Below, in pieces: positions 29,061 to 41,782 of a stretch of 64,000 nucleotides of DNA. Location: positions 75,359,112 through 75,423,111 of the forward strand of contig NC_068981.1 of NCBI RefSeq assembly GCF_001194135.2, written 5' to 3'. The notes under the pieces were generated by a model. It ran no database searches. It had not been told where the DNA came from and was given only the letters and a program-made list of their open reading frames with translations. Made by a program: the position numbers and the translations under genes. This stretch comes from Octopus bimaculoides (taxonomy: Eukaryota). Position 1 is the stretch's first letter, and the number at the start of each line of letters is the position of its first letter.

Positions 29061-30614
29061 GACAAGAGAAACTAATGACAAGCAAGAGAACTAAACGAAA
29101 TAATTCCAAGAAATATAACGAATTATTGAGAAACGAAGGGGACAGCCTGAGGCTGACGCCGCCTAAAGAAGTTATAGAAAAACTGAGACAAATACAATTA
29201 TATATAAAACGCTGTCACTTACGACAAAAAAGAGGAAATAGCAGCAGTGGAGGTGGTTGAAGAAAGCTTAAAAGAGGTTAAAGAGCTAATGACATTCTAT
29301 ACCAGAGGAAAGAAATACGGCACAGTTGAGGTACGCTTCATGAGTGAAGAAGAAGCGATAAAACACTCCACTGTGCGTTTGAGTTCAACTGAGTGGGTGC
29401 TACTACCAACCTACTGTGGCAAACATGCGGCCAGAGTAAGGATTGGTAGAGTGCCCCCAGAAATTGGTGAGGCGAGGCTGGTGGCAGCCATCCTCTATAA
29501 CACAGAGAACGGCATTCAAATTTTGAAGATTACAAGAACTACGATGGTGAAACTGTTGGGGATATGGACTGGAGGTATCATTTCATATAAACTTACCAGA
29601 TCTCCACAAAATTGCAGAAGAAATGGTACTACCAGACGAGACGAGGTTGAGAATTGTAGTGGAAGGAAGACTCCCCCCCCCGTATGCTATCTATGTGGAG
29701 TAAAAGGACACATGAAAGCTAAGTGTCCCCAGAAACACGAAAAGGAGGAGACAGAGAAGGAACATCAAGAAGAAGAGGGTTTAACCGTCGTGGAGGAAAA
29801 ATGGAAGAACAGTATACAGTGGTAAATAGGAAGAAAAGTAACACAAACTTACCACCAAAGACTCCTAGGAAGAAAAGAAAGGCAAGTGGAGAGGAGACGC
29901 AGAGTGGAAAACAGGAAAAAACGAACGAGCAGAGAAACAATGAAAGGTCAACAAATGTAAATGAGGAGCGAACGCAGAGACCGTTACCATCATTTAGTAA
30001 GCAGGAGAAAATACAGAAGAAAAAGGAAAATGAAAGAAAGAATGAGAGACATACAGAGATAGGAATACCAGTAACAGAAGAAGAGATTGGTGAAAGAAAA
30101 CAGAGACTGACACCAAAAGGCAAAAATCTAAGACATATGATACGATACATAAAAAGTGTAGAGATAGAAAAGAAGATTGCAAAGATGAAGAGCGTAATTA
30201 GGTTTAAATTGGCACCTAAGAAGACCAATGAAGACATGAAAGCTGTTCTGCTTGAAAGAGAAAGAGGAGAAAGATTGAAGGAGTTGTTTGGGGAAAGGCT
30301 AGATGCGACAATGGTACAGTTTCGTTATGATGAGCTGGCGCCGGTGGTGGCATTTGAAGATTTATTGGAATATATGGTCTAAATAGTGATTTTGTGTTTA
30401 AACAAAAAAGGAAAACCAACAGATGCAAGACAGGATGTTGAACTGTTAAGTAAAATTTTATTTAAAAACACTAAAATGAAACTACCTGTTTGTGGGACAG
30501 GTAAGTTATTCCATCCTCATTTTTTTATTGTACCCATAATTTCATTCGATATGTGTTAAGATGGGACTACACAAAAACATCTTTATAGAGGCCTTGTGCC
30601 TAATAAAAGAAATC
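29060..30614 (+). mobile_element. ORF1-only retroelement copy C, near complete (RRM-like + CCHC + linker + C-terminal domain + 3' UTR), frameshifted
   Basis: FYTRGKKYGTVEVRFMSEEEAIKHS...RVRIGRVPPEI; CYLCGVKGHMKAKC; ORF 29723-30382; 230-nt UTR ending AATAAAAGAAATCA. No APE or RT sequence follows. Confidence 0.85.
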
Positions 30615-30650
30615 AGGACGTTGTTGCCTTGTTGAAGGTTTGCTCTCTTT

Positions 30651-30845
30651 GATGTGGTTAGCTAGCAGACACGTTAGTGCGTTCCACAAAATGTGTAGGG
30701 AATTTCGTCTGCCTTTACGTTCGGCGTTTTGAGGTCGACATACCCTTCAGCCCCTTGTGGTCGATCAAATATGTTCCTGTTGAGCAGTGGGTTGAAGTGA
30801 TAGACAAGCCAGCTATTATACCTATTGTAAAAAGGATTGTTATTG
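30651..30845 (+). mobile_element. SINE family 2, degenerate copy
   Basis: TAGCTAGCAGACACGTTAG head, GAGGTCGAC, GTCGATCAAATATGTTCCTGTTGAGCA, tail AAAAGGATTGTTATT. Confidence 0.65.
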
Positions 30846-32227
30846 TCTTTTCTCCTTTTTGGAGAAAAAGAACAGCTTAAGGAGGTGGAAGATGTAAAGA
30901 GTAGATGTAAAGGCAGACAACTGCTGTATATACACACCAGCTGTGTCTACTTTGCTTGCGGTAGTTCAAAACACTTATATCAAATTGAACAAGAGATTCG
31001 TTCCTTTGCAGCATTACTTAACATGATAAGATCGAGGATCAAGGAACTGAAAAATCGGTGGATACACACTTCTATAGACAAATATGCCACACGCAAATAC
31101 TTAACAATATACATGTATACTCCCACGAATACAAACACAAGTCTGCCTTCAGCATTACAGTTGGCAAGAAGTATTTAGAATCAGGGTCGACCTTCTCAGG
31201 AGACAGAACGATTATTGCTTGACTGAAGAACAAAACTACTTCATACACTCCGCTTAAATCAGAACCTTTAGGCAAAGTAGAAATCATCAGAAAAAGATCA
31301 TGATTGTTTTTTTAGGCTGCATTTGAAGAATGAATTACATGCAAATGAGGTTTTTTTTTTTTTTTTTTTTTTTGAAAGAAAAAAGTAGAAACATAATCAG
31401 ACAGTAGAAATACAAAATTTAGTAGTCTTGAAACAAAAAGAATAGCACCGTCAGCAACGAGAACAAAAGAACATTTACAACAAAAACAATAACATTGGTG
31501 ATAGAAGCAACAGGAACGTAAATAGCATTAAAAGTAGCAAGCACACTGAATTCTTAAGTAGCTATCTTCAAAGACCATGTTATTGATTTTTTTTTTACTT
31601 ATTTATTTATTTGTATTCACTTCCAAAATATTTCGAGAAGCATAGAACCCAATATTACATATTGTAATGTTGTTTTTTTGCAGTAACTATGAGTTCATAA
31701 TAATTCTGGAAAAGTTTACTATGTGTGTGTGTATGAGTGTGTGTATATATGTATGCATGTATATGTATGTATGTATGCATGCATGTATGTATATATATAG
31801 AAAATGTTGTCTATGTGGCCTGTGTTTTCTGTACTCTGGTTATTATTATTTTTTGTCTACGTTTTGTTTGCAATGTCCTGTACCCAGATATGCACCTATA
31901 TATACAGGTAGATGTAGGCATGCACTTACTTGTACATATATATGCATATACTCATTTATTATTTGTTTTATATAAATATATAAATATATGATTCAAAAAT
32001 TAAAAAAAAGACACAAAGACGTGTCATAGTTTTAAAAAGCAACAAGCAGAGTGTATTAATATGCACAGGGAACACTGAGGAAGTCCTGCTCAATGCTCTT
32101 CTACAGAAAAATAGATGAAAATAGAAAAAAATAGAAAGAATAGATGAAAATAGAAAAAAAGATCAAGAGAAAATAAGACAAAACAAACGTATCTGAATTA
32201 AACTGTCAGGTCATACTGAAATGACCG

Positions 32228-32395
32228 AGAGGGGAACAAGTTTGCTTGCGTACAAAATGTCATGTAGTATTATATATTCGAAGTTCAAATTCTACTGGGT
32301 CAACTTTGCTTTTGAACCTTCTAGGGTCAATAAAATACAGTGCTGGTAAAGTACTGTGTTCGGTGTAATCGCGCAACATCTTACCTTCAAAGCTG
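32228..32395 (+). mobile_element. SINE family 2, degenerate copy
   Basis: GAAGTTCAAATTC...GGTCAACTTTGC...GGGTCAATAAAATA...GGTGTAATCG. Confidence 0.55.
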
Positions 32396-33608
32396 TGACA
32401 TAATCAGTAAAGTCGACTTTGAAATTTATTCTTCAGGATTGATGAAATGAATTCCAATTAAGTACTTCACTGATTCTTATCAATACTAAGCCTCCTCGTA
32501 ACATTTTTGTGACACGTCTATATTATAAATAATTATTGTGGTGGGAGATTTGGTAGATGAGTAGGCTATAGACAAAATGCCTTCCTTTTTACACTTTAGT
32601 TTAAATAACGTTCAAGTCGGCCCTACTGTAATCGATTAAATAAGTACCTTTCAAATGTCCTTTCGGTTTCATAGACTGTACTGCTACTCCACAGAATGTA
32701 TGTGAATGTATATGTGTAACATATCATTATTATTCATTATAGAGCGCAAAACTAATTGCTTTATATTTCGCCTGTCCAAGAGACGAATTGAGCATACACT
32801 AAATAATGCCCCAGAAACATTCCTTCAAAGCAATTAGTTACCTCCTCTTTCTATTTTCAGGTCAAATCTCTCCGAGGAAGATTTTGTCTTTCTAAATACT
32901 ATGATCAATAGAATATATACAATTAATATAGCATTTTCAATATAATCAATTATATACTTTTCTTTAAATCAAGTGCCTTACCTGTACATGTGAAAGGAAG
33001 TTTTCATAGTTTCCGTTCACGTTTTATAAATTATACGATGGCCTTTGAAAAACATTAATAATAGAATACTGGTAAAGAGCTTTCTATTGTTCATTTGCGT
33101 TTATTACGTTTTGAGTTCAAATCTAGTAGTGACTTATAAAAAACTTACATTTCTATGGAGTGGATGAAATAATATTCAGTACCGAGCCACAGTTGATTCA
33201 ACATTTGATAGCTGAAACATTGCCGTATACCGTTTCAGTAAGTACACCTTTAGTTCATATACGCCCTCATCTCAAATCTATGTAATCTACATAATACTTC
33301 CATTTCTTCTGAGTTAATAAATATCAGTGATCTCCTGTGGTTAACTGAGCCGAATGCTCATCACACTTGCGGAAAATAAGATTAATATTATTTCGTTTCT
33401 ATCATTCTCCTGAGAAAGATAAATTAGATACATACAAGTTATGGACAGTGGAATATTAGAAATAATAAAATAGCCTGTGAAATTAGTTAAGTATTTAAAA
33501 TAATCTATCACATTCTCAGTTTAAATCTCCCGGTATCAACGTTATCATGACTCTCTCCAAAATTGAAGAATCTACAGTGCTCTAACATCAATGCAAGTAA
33601 CTATACGA

Positions 33609-33892
33609 ATTTCCTATGAATGTGTTGGCATTGTGCAAATATGTATTATGATTATTTGCGTAATATGAGCTCCATTATGACTAAGTGATCAAACAGTTAA
33701 AGTTTAAGAGTATTTCCTATGAATGTGTTGGCCTTATAAAAATGTGCATTGCGATTAGTTGCATAATAATAGGCGTAGGCGTGGTTGTGTTGTAATAAGG
33801 TAGCTTCCTAACTACGTTGTTCCGAGTTCAATCCCACTGCTGCGCCTTGGGCAGGTGTCTTCTACTATAGAGTTGGGCCGACCAAATCCTTG

Positions 33893-33942
<50 letters not shown>

Positions 33943-34230
33943 GTGTGTGTAAGTGTGTGTGCCTGTGTATGTGTGTGTGTCTTTCTGTCTGTGTTTGTCT
34001 CACATCATCGTTTGACAACCGGTGTTTGTGTGTTTATGTCCCCGTAAATAAGCGGTTCGACAAAAGAGCCTAATAGAATAAATAGTAGGCTTAAAATTCA
34101 GTTATGGGATCGAATTGTATAGCAGAAACACTTCAAGGTGGTGCTCCACTGAAACAAGTAAACGAGTGAAAGAATAAAAGTATATAAACTCCGTTATGAT
34201 TAAGTGATCAAACAGTTAATGTTTTAGAGA
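33609..34230 (+). repeat. ~103-bp tandem duplication whose second unit is split by a SINE
   Basis: ATTTCCTATGAATGTGTTGGC at 33609 and 33712; CTCC.TTATGA.TAAGTGATCAAACAGTTAA at ~33670 and ~34189. Confidence 0.8.
33772..34180 (+). mobile_element. tRNA-derived SINE, family 1, with internal (TA)n/(TG)n
   Basis: GGCGTAGGCGTGG head, CCGAGTTCAATCCCACTG B-box-like motif, tail homologous to 4290-4498. Confidence 0.85.
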
Positions 34231-36019
34231 ATTTGTCGTGGTCATTGCAATTTATTATAATACGTTATTTATCATTGAATCTTCTTCCATACGCAACTAA
34301 AATATATCCCACTATAACTTGATATTCATCATTAATAAGATCTTGAAACTATCGGATTGATAAAAACTGATATTCTAACCTCATTCAGCAATACTAATTG
34401 GGACACGCGTATACAATTCTGCTGAAAATATATCTCAAGCAGCGTACAATAAGCTAATAATGGTAATTAATTTCAAAGTCGCATGCGTCTTAATAAGCTT
34501 GCACATCACAAAATCTTTGGTTTTGATGACGCAATTTCTCAGTCCTGCTTCGCATAAAGTTTTGAAAGGCCAACCGCTCAATACCTGCACTTCCTAGTCT
34601 TCCTTTACAAGATATATCCCTTTATCCACTCTCTCCACTAATTTTCTTTCTCCAGAAATCCAAAATGGCGTGAGCCCTTGTCTCAAGGAATTATCACTTC
34701 ATAATATCCCTTGAGAAGCTAATTGAAATAGTGAAAACCGGTTGGATATCATTACATTTTATGAGACTTTTGCCATCCATAAAATATGTATATATATTTT
34801 TTTATAAAACGATATTAAAATTTATGTGAAATGAAGGCATTTCTATTCCGCCTTTTTTCACATATGTTTTCCACATATTTTCACTTCATAATTTTGCCAC
34901 GTAGTGTATACTGATTCTCCAGCATTTTCGCCACTTTATATTTCTCATACATATATATATATATATATAGTTCACGATTAGCATCCAGGTTTGCTATGAA
35001 TGCGAATAAAAATCCAAGCTGAGGTAATGGAGCAAGTAGAATCCAGAGTACATGTTTTTTCCTAGCAAGCAGAAGCTCGGATTTCATAATTACTCAAAGA
35101 GGGATACTCCACTAGCTAATCAACATACCGAAGAAATTTTTCTTAAATGAAGGTTACATCGAACATAAGGAATCCCAAGTTTACCTGCCAGAGAATATAT
35201 GTAAGTATATGNNNNNNNNNNNNNNNNNNNNNNNNNNNNNNNNNNNNNNNNNNNNNNNNNNNNNNNNNNNNNNNNNNNNNNNNNNNNNNNNNNNNNNNNN
35301 NNNNNNNNNNNNNNNNNNNNNNNNNNNNNNNNNNNNNNNNNNNNNNNNNNNNNNNNNNNNNNNNNNNNNNNNNNNNNNNNNNNNNNNNNNNNNNNNNNNN
35401 NNNNNNNNNNNNNNNNNNNNNNNNNNNNNNNNNNNNNNNNNNNNNNNNNNNNNNNNNNNNNNNNNNNNNNNNNNNNNNNNNNNNNNNNNNNNNNNNNNNN
35501 NNNNNNNNNNNNNNNNNNNNNNNNNNNNNNNNNNNNNNNNNNNNNNNNNNNNNNNNNNNNNNNNNNNNNNNNNNNNNNNNNNNNNNNNNNNNNNNNNNNN
35601 NNNNNNNNNNNNNNNNNNNNNNNNNNNNNNNNNNNNNNNNNNNNNNNNNNNNNNNNNNNNNNNNNNNNNNNNNNNNNNNNNNNNNNNNNNNNNNNNNNNN
35701 NNNNNNNNNNNNNNNNNNNNNNNNNNNNNNNNNNNNNNNNNNNNNNNNNNNNNNNNNNNNNNNNNNNNNNNNNNNNNNNNNNNNNATATATATATATATA
35801 TACACATAATTAAATATATATATACATACGTACACACACGCACGTATACATAGATACACACACATGCATATACTATGTGTAGTATATATATACTACACAT
35901 TTCAAATACTACATATATAATTATATATTTATTCACACGCACTATCTCTCCCTCTCACACACACACGTATGTTATATACATCTTATGAAACATAAAATTA
36001 TCTTTAAGTTTTAAATATA

Positions 36020-36737
36020 CAATGGTAGCAATTCCTTTCAAGAATGGTATGCAAAGAATTTCTCTTAACGCTGTTGAATGCTTTTCGGAAGTCTCTGAAC
36101 AGCACAACTTTTGGGAGACACCACTCTTGAACGTATCAATTTGTCCAATGCAGCTACACCTCTTTCTAAAGTCACTCAGGTAAACACTTATAACTTTATC
36201 TATCTTTGCATGTATATGATTTAAAAAAAAAAGGCCTTTAAAGAACTCTGTGCAATGATTCATGAGACTTATTCCCCGATAGTTGGACATTTGTCGCAGA
36301 TCATTTTCTCTTCGGTGGTGGTACTATGATTGATGATCTTCATTCACTAGGCGACACACTTGTGAAGAGAACATTGTTACATATGTCAATATATGCTGCC
36401 TGAGGTCTGTTACTCCTCCATACTTCAGTGAGTCATTTTCTAGATTGAGGGTTTGTAGCAACTACTTTGTCATTTGATGCTTCCTTGAATACGAGAAGCA
36501 GATCAAACATTTGCAGATTTTCAGTGGAGTCCTCGTGTGCAATGTTGTGGGATAATTCTTCAGCTTGCGTTCCCTTACATGATAACAATTTGTAAAATAT
36601 TTCTTTCATGCTTCAATTCTATCCCGCTCGCAATTCAGGGGATGTCCATGATCATTGTAATCCTGTTGAACATCTTGCTCTCGGTTTCTTTTCTTCAGCA
36701 TCTTCACTGTTCTGTAAGCTTCTTTGTGTTAGCGGGA
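36020..36737 (-). mobile_element. RTE-clade LINE, inverted upstream part (endonuclease-RT linker to RT motifs 1-2)
   Basis: Minus-strand frames: KEAYRTVKMLKKR...DHGHPL; SSIIVPPPK; SNYRGISLMN; FRKRCSCIGQI. Confidence 0.8.
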
Positions 36738-36739
36738 TA

Positions 36740-37490
36740 ATATGATGAAGGATGTAATCCATGCAGAGGATGGAATTCGCTATAGGGGTCAGTTGCAAAT
36801 GATATTGTTCTCGTTTCTCCTAGCCTCATAGAAGTACAGGACTACTTGGATCGTGTTATGTGAAGAGCAAAGACTGTAGATCTGGAAATAAACGAATCAA
36901 AGACAGAGTATGTCATCATTAATATAAACATAGAGGAAACAACGGGGGTCCTGGCAAATGGAAAGCAACTGTCCAGGGTTGACTAATTCACTTACCTTGG
37001 ATGGACAGCAACTGATCTCTCTGACAACTCAAAGAGTGACATCATAGACAGAAGGAGTGCGACAGGTGGAGCTATGTCACAGCTTGAACACCAGCGGTCG
37101 TCTGGCATCAACCCAACAACGAAGATAAACATGTACAAAACAATGTCTTCTGATTTTTACATATGGATGCAAGAAATAGGTAACGAATACGAATCGGCAA
37201 AGGGCCATGGTGAACACTTTTCACACAAGAAACCTATGGAAAACATATCAAATATTCTACAACGAACACGTTTCCGATGCGTGACGAAAAGAAAATGAGC
37301 ACAAGGATAAAAGAATACCGGATTAGATGGATTTGTCACCAACAGCGACACTCATCCAATGAATGCTATCAACAGTACCTGCTGCTTGGCATCCTACAAA
37401 GTGGAAAGCGCGAGAGGAAACGACCAAGAACGACTTACCACTCTGTTATTAGGGTAGACTGCAGGATGTCGCCTAGTATTCATATCACTT
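36740..37490 (+). mobile_element. RTE-clade LINE, sense 3' part (RT motifs 5-7 and C-terminus)
   Basis: ANDIVLVSPSL (YADD-equivalent); DLEINESKTEY; NGKQLSRVD*FTYLG; INPTTKINMYKTM; RIRWICHQQR...GKRERKRPRTTY. Confidence 0.85.
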
Positions 37491-40400
37491 CGTTGAATTT
37501 TCAATAAGAAATATTGATTGATTATATATAAAGTGTTAACTATTATATGAAATTGTACTTTTGCCTCCAAGGATAACATCAGGAAATTTGGTATACATAC
37601 AATAATTGTAAGTTAACTAAATTTAAATTACTAAATTTGGCATTCTCTTTGCTTTCTTTTTCTTTCCTGTGCTAAACCGCATTTCTATTCTTGCATAGTT
37701 TCTTTCATATTGCAGTGTCATGAAACAGTTAAATGTAAAAAAAAAAAAGACTTAAAAAAAAAAAATAGATATTACTTTGCGCATACATTTGATTGACATT
37801 TATGGTTGAAGCATTGTAAATATGAGTCTAATATTGTTTTCCATTTTTTTCTACTGTTCGACATAAACTATGAAATAGGATGAAAATATATTTCCCCCAA
37901 TGACTATCTATGCCCTGTTCTAAGCGTTATATTCATATGTATATGTGCTATTTAAATAGTTATATTTGTTTCTCTATCACACAACCTAGCCCATGTCTTT
38001 CGTTTCATACATGTATGTTTGTATTTATCCGTTGATAAATCAATAGGCTTTTGTAACAACCACCTCCTATGTATAAAGATTTATTATATAGCAATGTTTT
38101 ATGTATTATGTCCATCGAGCACCACATTAATAGAGTTAATTTCACCTTAAAATGAGACAAGCATATAGTGTTTGGTTATAATTGATGGTAAGTTAGTTCG
38201 TATTCGCTTCTGATACTCCTGGTAATAATATGAAAATTACATGCAAATTCTCACCTACTTAAAGTAGTGAACCTCGCGATAAGTGTAAAATAATAACAAG
38301 GTTGTTTTCAAAATAATGAACTGAATCAAAGACTTCATCTTGTCTGATTGTTGTATATTTTGAATTTTGAAACAATCAAGACTTGTTTATTTTGAAGATT
38401 CAGTACAAATGAATGGAGACAGTTTTCTTTTGTTGTCTGGAGAGCTGCCAATTTTACTGAATATTAATACTTACATTTTAATGCGGGAAGACAAATTCTG
38501 ATAACATCACACTAAGAAGAGCTGAATTGATTAGTATATGAAGACTTTGCACTTAAATATTCCTAAACAAAATATGACACCAATTTATACACATATCTTG
38601 TATGTTTAACAAAAAATTGATTTAAAACACACTAACCCACTTTCTTTGTTGACATATCTATTGTCAGGCAACTGAATCAATTACACGGCTTTTCGTGATG
38701 AGAGTATCCATCAACAGATTATGAAGTCTCTTGAAACCTAGGTACACATATGTACCACGTAATCTGTTTTGCCGCAAATAGAAATCCCACTTTTAAAAAA
38801 AGATAAGTATAACACGATTGACTGCTCCGGATAACACCCGTGATTTTTATATAATGTTCATGATATTCCAAGTAAAATTTGATCATTACAAACAAGGAAC
38901 CTCAAACAGAGTTGTATGGAACTTGATATTAATTACATTGTCGGTGGCATCACTATTTGTACTGCAGATGTTACAACCATTCCCTCTGAACCAATTCTAC
39001 CAAAGCAGCATTTTTCGAACATTATCAAAACATGTGTTTGCTTCCTTTCACAACAATAAAAGGTGAATCTCAAGTTTATTTGTATTTTCACAAAATTTGG
39101 CGGATAATATTGGAAACTTTTGTGAATTCATTACTTTATTTGATCAACCTTCCAAGGTTTCTGCAATGCATTTGTCATCACTGGTCCCTGAACTATAAAA
39201 ATCACCACAAAGATTGAGATCATAGCGTTCTTTCTGATAATACGCGATCGAGTAGGAGTTCACAAGTTACAATTCGAAATATGTGTAAGTTTCACGCATA
39301 ATATGTCTATACTGAAATTAACAAATGTTGTATACTATAACCAATAATATATTTCGCATACTGCTGATGACAAACATTGCATTTATGTAATGTGTTTGTT
39401 GAATGAAGGAATTCGACTAAGAAACAAATTTCATTGCCCCATGTCAAATTATTATAATATATTCTTGTCATACACTGGTACTGCCTGCAGTGGTACAAAC
39501 AAATATATGATTGCTTCGTGAATTACTGCTGCTGCAGACCGTCTCATAAAACAATTGGATAGAATTTGTGTCATAGTAAGCTACATACTTTCCATTCTAT
39601 ATTGCAAAGCAATTTTCAGTTAAATTTTGATGTTATATGCCTTATGTTAAAATTGCATAGAAATACTATATACTTCTTTTTCTGATTAGAAATAGCATGC
39701 AGTAAAACAGGAAGAAGAAACTAGCTCGGGGATACAAATAGAAAACAGAATAAGTTGTTAATTGAATAAAATATGTTTCAAGATATTAGCGATTGAAAGC
39801 TTACTTACCACTCGGCAAATTCACAATATCCACTGCGCCAGAGATGTAATTCTCTGAGCGCTTAGTACTTATTATCAGCCCAGAACATCGAGACAGGGCT
39901 GCTATGGTTGTATCATTGAGGAAACAAGCTAAACGCTTACAAGTATCTAGTTTAAGCCTAGTAGTTACTGACAATAAAATAACTGTGGTGGGTGCACAGG
40001 CAGTGGAAGTTGAAGTTCGCTACTTTAAGAGATTATCGTCAACAAGAGCATGACACAGTAAGATTATAAGCGATCATTGATGCACACAAAGAATACCCAG
40101 TAGATTTACAGCTGTTACCTTTAAAAGAAACCATGATATTCAAAATGATTTTGTCTGTTTCTTAAGGGATGAAGCTGGATGTCATTTCACAGTAACAATG
40201 TAGAATAAATGAGTTAAAAGTATTTGCAAAACCCGCTATGGCTGGTTCACCACAAACAAACACAACGCTGATTCGTTCTTCTTTAACTTTACGATAAATA
40301 ACGTCAAATAGGATGGTTCTAACCCGTAATGTTGGCGCACTTCGTTGATTGCAAAAAAAAGTGGGGTACAGATTAGTGTTCTTCAAGTATAAATAAATAA

Positions 40401-41782
40401 AACTAATAGCTATTGTTTTTTTTTATCATATTACGTTGTTTGTCATATATCATACTTCAGTAAAACGGTATTTATTACCGAGACTGAAATGCAACGTGTT
40501 GTAACATGGATAACGATTTGACAAAGTCTTTATGAACACGTTCGATGATAGGATAATAGCTAAAATTAATATGGTTAAGTACATTGCACACGCGTTGACT
40601 CTACAAATTATACCTGTTAAACTGATAAATGTTCTTTGTCTTTTCTATATGCTGGAATAAACAGTTATAGAGTGAAACGATCCATAACATTCAGAGTACT
40701 ACGAACAAAGACGAGAGATAAATAATTCCTCTCGATTATTTCTCCGATATTTCAAAGTATAGGGTTATGAATAACTATGTGATTCGATTAGTCACAGTAT
40801 AGAACAAGCAACAACAAGTCGGTTAGAAACGAAGTCTGCAATGCTTAAAGAAACTGTTGAAAATGAATTTTCTGCTCATTGTAGAAGCGAATATGTTTAA
40901 AATATAGTTTCAATTGAAGAATGAATTAAATGGGAAAGTTCGAACCAAGTTCTTATCTCGGAACTCTAGATGAAGTTATATCACTTTATGTTAGTTTGCC
41001 TCACGTTTGTTTCTTCAAAGAACTACGTAGTTATATATGAAATTTTACAATGACTATATTGACGCCCAGAAACTTAGCAGTATATGTAGTCATGCAGAAT
41101 TTATCTGCACAAGTAGTTATTCTAAGAAAAAGAGTGTACATTATAAAAACTCAGAACAGTTTGGAATATATTGCTAAACAAGGCCGCCGTCGATCTCTCC
41201 ATAGACTATAAAGTAATGTAAATCTGTTAACGGCTTCTTACTCCATTCAATTTCTTCAAAACCATATGCAAACACGCAAATTGTGTATTAATCATAATTT
41301 GGTATAAAGCAAACGAGCTGGCTCGGAACTGTAATAGCAATACAGTTTAAAAGCGACACAGATAAATGATAAATATTCCATGAGCGAATAATATAAATAA
41401 ATGCATATTTTTCACAGAAATCTACAAATGAATGTTACGTATTATTTTTAGACTTCGTTTTGGATATTTAGTACAGATTTGGGAATATTAAAAATTTCAC
41501 TTCGACGATTAATGCTTTTGATCAATGAATTCGGACAAAGCATATGAAGTGAATAAATTAAAATTTTCAATACATTTGCATTTAAATACTACTACCCTTC
41601 AAACATCGGATATGAGCTTACTGTATGACTTTGTGACTACTTTGATTTTTAATATAAAATTACAAACTGAAATGAAATATCTTGATTTACAATTATTTCG
41701 TACATGTCCAGGCAATTTTGAGAGGGCTCTTTCTCTCAAACAGCTGTGTTTTAGATGACGAAACTTTTGATAGACTTTCATC

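Noticed and set aside
33609-33770. Short repeats with unique-looking spacers as a possible CRISPR array
   Set aside because: Only two units of a ~103-bp tandem duplication in eukaryotic DNA, with no cas genes.
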